From a virus (Duplodnaviria; Caudoviricetes): 64,000 nt of DNA. Positions 46,948 to 54,814 of the stretch are shown here, piece by piece. Numbering within the stretch: the first letter of the stretch is position 1; the number at the start of each line of letters is the position of its first letter. Where the stretch lies: IMG/VR virus record IMGVR_UViG_3300045284_000107, positions 1 through 64,000 of that record, one strand, 5' to 3'. Both the position numbers and the translations under genes were made by a program. The notes beneath the pieces were generated by a model. That model was not told the origin of the DNA and did no database searches. It saw only the letters and a list, made by a program, of their open reading frames with translations.

Positions 46948-47694
46948 TTAGTTGGTGGAGTTCCAACTCCCCACCGAGCCAGAGGCGTCGGCGAAAGCGG
47001 AGAAGTCAAGATCCTCGATCACATAATCATCAATACGGGTTGGGAACGTCAGGCGGTTACTGACACAAGCGTTCAAGACCAACACGACTTGGTTGTTCTC
47101 GAACTCTTGGAAGAACGTAGCCTTGAACCTGGGAGTGTTGCCCATCAGGGGGTTGCCAAGTGCAATGCTATTTCCCCCCGTAACGGTGTACGAATAGTTG
47201 ACAAGTACACCAGTTCCGGCCGGGAGCGTCCCAAACGTATACGCGCCAGTCGAAGCATTAAAAACATACTGACCGGCAGTTGGGGCGCTACTTACCGCAA
47301 TCAACTGATTGCCATTGGAACCCAAAAAGACACCCTGGTCGAGCAGAGGTGTGGAACCAGCGTTTGCCACCGTGTAACTTGCAGCGCCGGTGCCGCCCAA
47401 TGCAGAACTTTCATTCCAAGAGTATTTCAGGGATGTGGTGGTGGACAGGATCTGACCAAAAAAGAGGTCATTAAACATGCGGGCCTTGATCTCGGCAACC
47501 TTCGCTTTGCCGGTGATCTTTGTTTTGCCACGGGCAGTATCAATTGGATACTGATTGGTGGCAAACAATTCCTTCGTGTCGCCCGAGAACTCGATGTCTA
47601 CGTTTTGAAGGGCGCCAAAACGAATAGGAGTGAGGGTTCCCCCACTATCAGTTCTGATGCCTGTCAAAACGCCGGAGCCAAAACCAAATTCCAT
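46948..47694 (-). CDS. major tail tube protein
   Basis: FGSGVL, FGALQ.V.IE.SGD.KEL...QYP...ARGK.KITGKAK; position. Confidence 0.85.
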   Translation of the reverse strand: MEFGFGSGVLTGIRTDSGGTLTPIRFGALQNVDIEFSGDTKELFATNQYPIDTARGKTKITGKAKVAEIKARMFNDLFFGQILSTTTSLKYSWNESSALGGTGAASYTVANAGSTPLLDQGVFLGSNGNQLIAVSSAPTAGQYVFNASTGAYTFGTLPAGTGVLVNYSYTVTGGNSIALGNPLMGNTPRFKATFFQEFENNQVVLVLNACVSNRLTFPTRIDDYVIEDLDFSAFADASGSVGSWNSTN

Positions 47695-47723
47695 GGAACC
47701 ATTCCTTCAATTAGAGGGTAGGA

Positions 47724-47987
47724 CTACTCGCGCTTGAGTGGCCCTTTGGTGAGGTATTCCCGCAAGTGTGAGAGAGAATTGTTCAGGTGGTTCCACGCTT
47801 CGGTATTAGCCGAGATTGGGCTGTTCCTAACGTAGTCATCAATCCACGCAGAAGATGCCGCCTGCCAAGTCTCATCTGAGATTTCTGACCCAGCAAATGG
47901 CACCTTTGGATCTGCGCCTTGATCCGCTGTAACCGTAGCCGCCGTTTCTTGTTCTTGTTGTTCCTGTTGTTCTTTATCGTCCGACAT
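47724..47987 (-). CDS. small hypothetical protein
   Basis: ATG 47987 with AGGA RBS. Confidence 0.6.
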   Translation of the reverse strand: MSDDKEQQEQQEQETAATVTADQGADPKVPFAGSEISDETWQAASSAWIDDYVRNSPISANTEAWNHLNNSLSHLREYLTKGPLKRE

Positions 47988-48000
47988 TGGTTTTCCTTTC

Positions 48001-48492
48001 CTAAGGCAAAAGGATACGAATGGGGAGAACCAATAAGGCTTGCCCATCTATGTCTCCCGGATCACGGATGAGCATTGAGTCTTCGCGAATAATCCGCGCC
48101 CAATGTACAAGTCCCCCAAGTGTGAGTTCATTTCGGCCGGGATCATCGGGAAGTAAAACACTTTCTAAAGCCGTTTCCATAATGTCAAGTAAATCGTCCC
48201 CAATTATAGACTCGTCCCCGGTCGGGGCATAACACCAAAAACCCATATCCAAATAACGCCGAATGAGATTACCACTACCGCTTGAATTGCGGTTTTCCCG
48301 GTGCTGCACTAGAAACATGGCGGGTTGCATAGACGTGTCCACATTGATCCAGAGTTTTAATCTTCTGGAGGTGGTGGCCCAGGTCGTGTACCCATTTATA
48401 GGGGTATCAAAGGTGGCGCTTTTGGCCAAATCAAATAAACGATCCTTAATTATCTTTCTATCTCTTGGGGTGGCGGGGCCAAAATCAAACAT
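48001..48492 (-). CDS. tail terminator protein
   Basis: SRRLKLW.....QPAMFLVQ...LGGLVH; upstream of the tail tube gene. Confidence 0.7.
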   Translation of the reverse strand: MFDFGPATPRDRKIIKDRLFDLAKSATFDTPINGYTTWATTSRRLKLWINVDTSMQPAMFLVQHRENRNSSGSGNLIRRYLDMGFWCYAPTGDESIIGDDLLDIMETALESVLLPDDPGRNELTLGGLVHWARIIREDSMLIRDPGDIDGQALLVLPIRILLP

Positions 48493-48946
48493 TGGACGTA
48501 ACCTTTACTTTTCGCCCACCCTCAACCCCATACTCGATCCGTATATCGTCCCCCAAAATAACCTCCAATTGTCCACCCCTTTCAATTATTCCATCTAGGA
48601 CATTTTTAATTTCGGGGGCTTGCCATGAGCGAGGGTATTGGGGATCTACCTGTACATAGGCCAATTTATCATCATGACGATCAACGGGGCCAATAACCAC
48701 ATGAGAAATATCAGGACGGAGATATCTAGGCAATCTCTTAGTCTCGTCTTCATGGCTTTGACTTTCTAGCCACAAACATTTAAATTGGGCACAGGCCAGA
48801 AGTTGGGGGTCCGAGGATTTCTCCATATGACGTTCACAACCGCCGTGTACCCCCGTCCACCAACAGAGCATACGCGCAGGTTTGTTTATGTCCGGAACCC
48901 CCAACAACTTGCAGCACAAGTTACATGCGCCACAACCCAAAGTCAT
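48485..48946 (-). CDS. YkgJ-family CxxCxxCC protein (second copy)
   Basis: CGACNLCC...C....C...AC..FKCLWL...RPDISHVV. Confidence 0.75.
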   Translation of the reverse strand: MTLGCGACNLCCKLLGVPDINKPARMLCWWTGVHGGCERHMEKSSDPQLLACAQFKCLWLESQSHEDETKRLPRYLRPDISHVVIGPVDRHDDKLAYVQVDPQYPRSWQAPEIKNVLDGIIERGGQLEVILGDDIRIEYGVEGGRKVKVTSNV

Positions 48947-49095
48947 AAGTAATTATTCCTTTGGGGGATCAGTTTGGACAGGAAGATTGTCTGACGGCGG
49001 ATCTTTTTGCTCCTTTTCAGGTTCGCCATTTTCGTCAGACATATAGAATGGAAACGCCAACTGTTCTGGTTCCATCTTGTGTCCGTCCTTTCGAC

Positions 49096-49123
49096 AATAA
49101 AAAAGGCCCCGCGAGGGGGCCTT
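49096..49123 (-). terminator. intrinsic terminator after the PEP-CTERM genes
   Basis: On - strand AAGGCCCC-N5-GGGGCCTT then TTTTATT. Confidence 0.8.
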
Positions 49124-49150
49124 AAGTTTTGAGGGAGATCTGGAAGGTGC

Positions 49151-49930
49151 TTAGGCAAATGCCTCTTGGGACGGGGCCGGAGATTGTTCCAGTTTCTTAA
49201 ATCTTCTTCGGATAAACCCCATCGCCACGAGTCCAGTCCCCAAAAGGGCCATACTTCCCGGCTCTGGTACGTCAATGGCCGATGCGACAGGTACGATGTA
49301 GAAACTCTCGCCCCCATCAACCGCGCCATGCCATGTGGCCTGAAAGATCAGGTTATCACCCGGCTGTATAGCACAGTCGGCCAGTACGAATTGGCCACTG
49401 TCCCGACAGCCTTGTGACAAATTGAACCCTGAGATCAGGTAATCTGCCGAGCCATTACCATTTCGGATATCTGGCAACGCCACCGAGCCGGCCAAGTCAA
49501 ACACTATCTGACCAGTCGTAAGATCAATCAGGCGGAACTGATCTAGGACTTCCGACGCAGCGTGGGTCGAGTTCACGTCAATGGCGACCCCGAACGTAAA
49601 CAAGGGATCTGTGCCTTGGGCGTTTAGGAAGTTCTCCAGTTGGGTTCCGGTATAGGCCGTGCCTTGTACACCGTTCCCAAACGCATTGGTCAGATTTGAT
49701 GAGAACAGGTTGAAACTGTCATCATTACCTGTGCTGTTGAAATTATTGTACCCAAATCCTACCGGATTGTGGGCCTGTGTCGTTGCACAGATAATGCACG
49801 GATCGGAGGCCGACTGTGGTACGACTTGTGCATCGGCAAGTGGCGTCACAGTAAGTGTAGTAGCATTTGCGGGACTTAAACCCGCCACCAATGCCATTAC
49901 AGATACTGCACCTAACAAGTTCTTAATCAT
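49151..49930 (-). CDS. PEP-CTERM sorting-domain protein
   Basis: Signal peptide ending PANA; C-terminal VPEPGSMALLGTGLVAMGFIRRR. Confidence 0.92.
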   Translation of the reverse strand: MIKNLLGAVSVMALVAGLSPANATTLTVTPLADAQVVPQSASDPCIICATTQAHNPVGFGYNNFNSTGNDDSFNLFSSNLTNAFGNGVQGTAYTGTQLENFLNAQGTDPLFTFGVAIDVNSTHAASEVLDQFRLIDLTTGQIVFDLAGSVALPDIRNGNGSADYLISGFNLSQGCRDSGQFVLADCAIQPGDNLIFQATWHGAVDGGESFYIVPVASAIDVPEPGSMALLGTGLVAMGFIRRRFKKLEQSPAPSQEAFA

Positions 49931-49950
49931 GTTTGTAGCCTTTGATTAGG

Positions 49951-49975
49951 GGTTGGGACCAGGACGGTCCCAACC
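49951..49975. repeat. perfect 10-bp inverted repeat between the PEP-CTERM genes
   Basis: GGTTGGGACC-AGGAC-GGTCCCAACC. Confidence 0.8.
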
Positions 49976-49985
49976 ATTGTTAAAG

Positions 49986-50753
49986 TTAGGCAGCGAGGAG
50001 ATCTTGTTGACCAAAATCTTCCTGTTTCTTTTGGCGGCGGCGAACAAACCACCCCATACCAACAAGACCCGCACCCATAATCGCTAGGGATGACGGCTCG
50101 TTTACTGGCGTTACGTCGGAGGTGATGTCTTGGGAACGACCAGCCAAAGTGGCCTGCGCCCCAGAAATCAAATCACCCTGCGCCCACATAGTCCACGAGT
50201 ATGGACCTGTAGTAACAAACGGCACAGTTACCTGACCCGTATCGAATGAGTCAGCACCACCAACAGCCGTGAAGTTGGCAGTAGACAACTGTGTCCCAGG
50301 GAGATCAGTAACGTTTTCGGCTCCCTGCTGGTTGGTAGTGTCACCATACCATGCCAGACTTATCGTGCTGGCAGGTGCGTTGAGCCAAGTTCCACTACCC
50401 GCCAACGTAGCGGTGTTAGTCGGCGCCGCAAAGTCAGTACCACCAACCACAAACGTAATGGTCTGGGTAGTACCTGTCGTATTGGTGATCTGCGTGCTGT
50501 TAGTCAGCAGAGAGTTTGTTGGAGGTCCGATAAACTGTAACTGCGACGACCCCTCAAAAGTCACACCCCCAATGTTAGTAGAACCAAGAGTGAGGGTGCC
50601 GATGGCGTTGTTGGTATCGCAACCTGACTGATTGTCGAAGCAAGAAAACGAACTTGCCCCAACCGTAGCCGCAATCATCAGAGTGGCATTGCCGGGATTG
50701 GCCAATCCCAACAAAAGCACCCCCGCACTTACTGTACTCAAAAGATACTTCAT
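49986..50753 (-). CDS. PEP-CTERM-like sorting-domain protein (VNEP variant)
   Basis: Signal peptide ending PGNA; C-terminal VNEPSSLAIMGAGLVGMGWFVRRR; ATG 50753. Confidence 0.88.
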   Translation of the reverse strand: MKYLLSTVSAGVLLLGLANPGNATLMIAATVGASSFSCFDNQSGCDTNNAIGTLTLGSTNIGGVTFEGSSQLQFIGPPTNSLLTNSTQITNTTGTTQTITFVVGGTDFAAPTNTATLAGSGTWLNAPASTISLAWYGDTTNQQGAENVTDLPGTQLSTANFTAVGGADSFDTGQVTVPFVTTGPYSWTMWAQGDLISGAQATLAGRSQDITSDVTPVNEPSSLAIMGAGLVGMGWFVRRRQKKQEDFGQQDLLAA

Positions 50754-50825
50754 TGTTACACCCAAGGGTTAGTGGTGGACGCTAGTAATTGCCATGTGTA
50801 CAGCACAGCAACCATAGGCCCCGAT

Positions 50826-51155
50826 TTAGGGGCCTATTCCGGGGAGAAGCAAACCGCCAGGAGTTGTAAACCTGGCCTCGACATGCTTCCTAACCATTAC
50901 TGAAAAGGACGAAACCAAATCCTTAATTAGAGCCTCTCGGGCCTGGGGAGGTTCAATCATGGCACAAACCGATGCCAAATGATTTAACAATAAATTTATC
51001 ATGTCATGGGCCGGGACACCCATTTTCAAGGCCTGCCGCTCTGCCGCCGCAAGTCCGTGGTTCAATGGTTCAAGAAGTAATACCCCCAAATTTGGGGGCA
51101 AGTTAGATACTGGACCTAGATTTGCTTGGTGGGTAGTTTCAGTCTCGGTAGTCAT
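50826..51155 (-). CDS. hypothetical protein
   Basis: TAATG coupling at 51155. Confidence 0.6.
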   Translation of the reverse strand: MTTETETTHQANLGPVSNLPPNLGVLLLEPLNHGLAAAERQALKMGVPAHDMINLLLNHLASVCAMIEPPQAREALIKDLVSSFSVMVRKHVEARFTTPGGLLLPGIGP

Positions 51156-52045
51156 TAGATAAATGCTCCCATTGCCGGTGGTAGCGGGGAACAATACGGA
51201 CCTAGTATTCCTTTTACAAAGTCCGACAAACCATCACTCATGGAGTAAGTTATACTTTCTTGGGCGGCCAACGATTGAGATCTTACACCCCCCGCGCGTC
51301 TTCGATAGGATACTCTATCCTGTATAGTTTCAAGACACGCTTGTTCCAAATCAGAAGGTATGTACCCATAACTGATAAGAACGTTTTGGCCCGCATCGGA
51401 GGCCGAGAATGTATATTTATTCCTGGCCGGAGTGGCATTTGGATCTGGGGGAATGTACTGCCCCACCTGCAATGTAGCTGTATCGGCGGGCATTGCCACG
51501 AGTAAACCTCTGCCGGTAGCATACACCACACCTTCGTCCGTTGCCCAAATACCAAAAGTAGAAAGCGGCACAATCTCAAAAGGTGTCAATAACGGAACCA
51601 TATATGGCTCATCCACAACGCCATACCCGGCCTTGTACTTGACCACTACGCCCTGGGTACTCCAAATGTAAAAGGCCCCGCCTGTAAGTCCAATAACCGC
51701 GGCCACTCCCGGCGGAATGCCATTCCAGGGCTGAAACCTATAACCATAAGGATTTGCCCCAGTATCTATTTGGTTTGCTTGGGGCGCAAATTTCATAGGC
51801 TGCCCAGAAATATGCAAAGATTGCAATTCCAATAATGGATAATTAGGCAGAACTAACTGTTGTGTCCCACTTCCATTAAATTGTTCTGTATAGACGCGGG
51901 GTGTCATTACGCCCCGGTTGAGATATGAGGATATGCTTCGAGACACTCTGGTAATCATACCTCCTAGGACGGCAGCACTGGGCGGAGAGTCCAGATATTG
52001 CCGGGCCGTTTCCATAGTGGTCAGATCACCACTTGTCAAGGACAT
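51155..52045 (-). CDS. head-tail connector protein with inserted beta domain
   Basis: DLTT....YL ... YTEQFNG ... Y.AGY ... PSDLEQAC ... RSQSL...ESITY. Confidence 0.8.
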   Translation of the reverse strand: MSLTSGDLTTMETARQYLDSPPSAAVLGGMITRVSRSISSYLNRGVMTPRVYTEQFNGSGTQQLVLPNYPLLELQSLHISGQPMKFAPQANQIDTGANPYGYRFQPWNGIPPGVAAVIGLTGGAFYIWSTQGVVVKYKAGYGVVDEPYMVPLLTPFEIVPLSTFGIWATDEGVVYATGRGLLVAMPADTATLQVGQYIPPDPNATPARNKYTFSASDAGQNVLISYGYIPSDLEQACLETIQDRVSYRRRAGGVRSQSLAAQESITYSMSDGLSDFVKGILGPYCSPLPPAMGAFI

Positions 52046-52428
52046 TACTTCTTTCCTTTTTCCTCAGCCTGATCTGCCTGCAAATTCTTAAATTCGGCCT
52101 CAAGATTAAAGAACTTTAATTTCCATTCATCAATTTCCATCTTGGTCGCCGCCATAGCGCCCTTTAGGGCCTCGTTCTCGACCTTTAGTCCCTCGACCTG
52201 ACCCGCCAATTGTGACAGGGCCGTATCTTTTATGAGATCATCTTTGGGCAGGTCTTTGGGATTACCAATTGGCTTTCCTTGTCCAAATCCTGGTAAGTCC
52301 AGAATTATGGGGGCAAAGTGATCTGGTGCCCTGAAACAATCCCGGCCATCCTCATCCTTGGCCTCAGGAAAGAAATTCTGCAACTGTACACTTATTTCGC
52401 GGGTTCCTTCGGGAAATCTAAACCACAT
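52045..52428 (-). CDS. hypothetical head-region protein with coiled coil
   Basis: Coupled to flanking genes. Confidence 0.65.
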   Translation of the reverse strand: MWFRFPEGTREISVQLQNFFPEAKDEDGRDCFRAPDHFAPIILDLPGFGQGKPIGNPKDLPKDDLIKDTALSQLAGQVEGLKVENEALKGAMAATKMEIDEWKLKFFNLEAEFKNLQADQAEEKGKK

Positions 52429-53034
52429 CTAAACGGCCCTCTCATACTGCAAGGTCGGGGACTTAAAGGGCGAAATCAATGCAAACCCACTATCATTTAA
52501 AATTATCTTTACAGAATGTTTCTGGCAAAATGGATAAAGAAAACTCAAACCGCGCCGATGTGGCATAAGTTCAGGCTCAACCTTACCTTGACCCCAAGGT
52601 AGATCCGCCCAGAACCTCAAATCATCAATTAAAACACAGTAACTCCCATCTGGTCGGGCGGCTCTAATGGCGTCTAATTCTTTTCTAATTGGCATTCGTT
52701 CTATCTCAGACCGTTCGGTACTGGACTGGCCATATAAATCAGGACAGTGAGCATCGAGCCAGAAAAACACCGGATCACTAAACCGTAATTCTTCTAACAA
52801 GCGGGGCAACTCCTCTGCACTGTTGCCTTGAATAATTCTAACCCGTGGATCATGTGAAAAGTCACTTTTGGCCTTTTGAACTACCTCGGGCCATATCTCT
52901 ATTGAAAACAACCAAGAGAACTTTTTCCCGGCCGCGATCCTGAGACTATCTCCATTGCCATATCCAGTTTCCACAAAGATTGGAAACCGACTAATAAATT
53001 TGTCAGATAGAGGAAAATTAAGTAGGCTTCCCAT
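52429..53034 (-). CDS. class I SAM-dependent methyltransferase-like protein
   Basis: FVETGYGNGDS, SIEI, GNSAEELPRLL, FWLDAH, LIDDLR. Confidence 0.75.
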   Translation of the reverse strand: MGSLLNFPLSDKFISRFPIFVETGYGNGDSLRIAAGKKFSWLFSIEIWPEVVQKAKSDFSHDPRVRIIQGNSAEELPRLLEELRFSDPVFFWLDAHCPDLYGQSSTERSEIERMPIRKELDAIRAARPDGSYCVLIDDLRFWADLPWGQGKVEPELMPHRRGLSFLYPFCQKHSVKIILNDSGFALISPFKSPTLQYERAV

Positions 53035-53064
53035 TAGGAGTTTCTAAGTTCAGATTAACGTGGT

Positions 53065-53093
53065 AGTATAATAGGGCGGGTGGGCCGTGTCAA
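53065..53093 (-). promoter_or_regulatory. sigma70 promoter inside the late operon
   Basis: On - strand TTGACA (53093-53088), 17-nt spacer, TATACT (53070-53065). Confidence 0.8.
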
Positions 53094-53127
53094 TAGTGAG
53101 AAAGCGACCCACCCAACCCCGCCCCAA

Positions 53128-54783
53128 CTAGAATACCATAGATCCCGAGCCGGGGTTCTTGTTAGTAATCGCCGCGAATGCAGGTGAGAAGTACATCGCG
53201 AAAACTTCATCGACGTACACACCATACTCATACCGCCGGGCACGCCAGGGCCACTGTATCTGATAGTAGTCTTGCCGTACACGGGCCTCCAACAAGTTTG
53301 CCACCCCCGAGAGTTCGTATGGGGAAGTATCAGACCAGAAGATAATTGTCCCGGCGGGCAAATACGGATGAACTTCAACATCAAGGGTGTTGTTGAAGAA
53401 CTTATTCATGTAGGACGTAACCTTTCGGCCTGCAACTATACGTCCCGTCGCTTCGTCGGCGTCAAAGAGGATACGGTAAATGTTCGAGGCCGCACTCTGG
53501 TTCAACATGGCCCCAAACGTATCCAGCATATCCTGTCCGGACATCAAGATGCGCGAGAAACCGATCTTATATTGGTCATACGCAGCCTGGAGCAAAAGAT
53601 CGAACTCTACGATATTGGAACCACTAATCGTGAGTCCGGTATTGCCCGTTGGCAAGGCATAGATGAGACTGCCACCCGCCGACGTACTAATGGCAGAGTT
53701 CAGAACCGGATTGGTAGACATTGCCCGGCCGGGGTCCATACCCATAACCGCGCCAAAAATCTGCGGAATAATCCCATCCGGTACAAGGATGTTGGTGGAA
53801 TTATCCGCAGGAGCGGCGGCCACATAGATGGCATTTAGGGGCTGGTTAGTTGCAGCGGGAAGTCCCCTGAGAATGGCCTGATTGCTGGGAGTGATACCGG
53901 CCAAATACATGGTGCCAGGACTTGCAGCCGTGGAACCGGCGTACCAGGCATATGCCATCGCGCCAGGAACCCGCGCAACAGTAGCAGTTACGACTTGGGT
54001 GCCCGTGGGCGTGACGGTGGCAATAGCGGAGGGTTGGGCACTACCACCACCATAAGTATCAGATGTACCATCCGCATTGATCTTGGTGACTTGGCCGGGG
54101 ACACCACCAATAGCATTTGCCGACTGATAGGTGGTATATCCAGTAACGCCCATCCCCGACAGTGCAACCGCCGCCACATAAATGGCGCCGCCGAAAGTCC
54201 CAACTGCGGAGGATGTACCCGCGAGGGTGGGAGTTGGCGTAGTGCCAAGTGGCATCGAGGCATTGCCATTAATGAGGATCTTTTCCTCATCAATCATCAA
54301 CGAACGCAGAGCCGACTGTACACTAATGCCCAAGGCTTCTGGGTTCAAGTTCCTGGCACCAAGTCGGGCCTCGAACGTGACCGAGCTTTCCAGACCCAAG
54401 GTCTTAAATGCCGCCGTCAAGTCCTGTTCCGCGATTGCAATTCGCGCGCCACGATTACCCTCGGACACCCCAGAGGAAATACCGTTGACGTTAATTGCAG
54501 TAACACGCTTCCAGTGATAGGCATTACCACCGTCCGCACTCACCCGTGGAAGTCTTGAGATCCTGGGGATCAACTCCCGGTAGGGATAGAGCATTTGAAC
54601 GACAGGCTTCAGGTCGTACCACAAAAGATTTGTGGCTTGGGAAATGGTATCTGCCTTTGACAGAATACCCTCTGCGTTCTTTTCGAGGCCTTTTACAAAC
54701 CCTTCATTTGCAAGGAGGGCCTGTACAAATTCGTTGCCAATTCCGTTACTGCCCACGAAGGGCACATTGTATCCAGTAGTCAT
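53128..54783 (-). CDS. major capsid protein (HK97 fold, with insertion domain)
   Basis: Follows protease/scaffold; YDL....LYP...PRV...HWK.VT..N, EG.RG, FK.LG.E..VTFEA. Confidence 0.85.
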   Translation of the reverse strand: MTTGYNVPFVGSNGIGNEFVQALLANEGFVKGLEKNAEGILSKADTISQATNLLWYDLKPVVQMLYPYRELIPRISRLPRVSADGGNAYHWKRVTAINVNGISSGVSEGNRGARIAIAEQDLTAAFKTLGLESSVTFEARLGARNLNPEALGISVQSALRSLMIDEEKILINGNASMPLGTTPTPTLAGTSSAVGTFGGAIYVAAVALSGMGVTGYTTYQSANAIGGVPGQVTKINADGTSDTYGGGSAQPSAIATVTPTGTQVVTATVARVPGAMAYAWYAGSTAASPGTMYLAGITPSNQAILRGLPAATNQPLNAIYVAAAPADNSTNILVPDGIIPQIFGAVMGMDPGRAMSTNPVLNSAISTSAGGSLIYALPTGNTGLTISGSNIVEFDLLLQAAYDQYKIGFSRILMSGQDMLDTFGAMLNQSAASNIYRILFDADEATGRIVAGRKVTSYMNKFFNNTLDVEVHPYLPAGTIIFWSDTSPYELSGVANLLEARVRQDYYQIQWPWRARRYEYGVYVDEVFAMYFSPAFAAITNKNPGSGSMVF

Positions 54784-54814
54784 TTCAAAATCCTCTCAAT
54801 CTTGGGTCTGGGGC

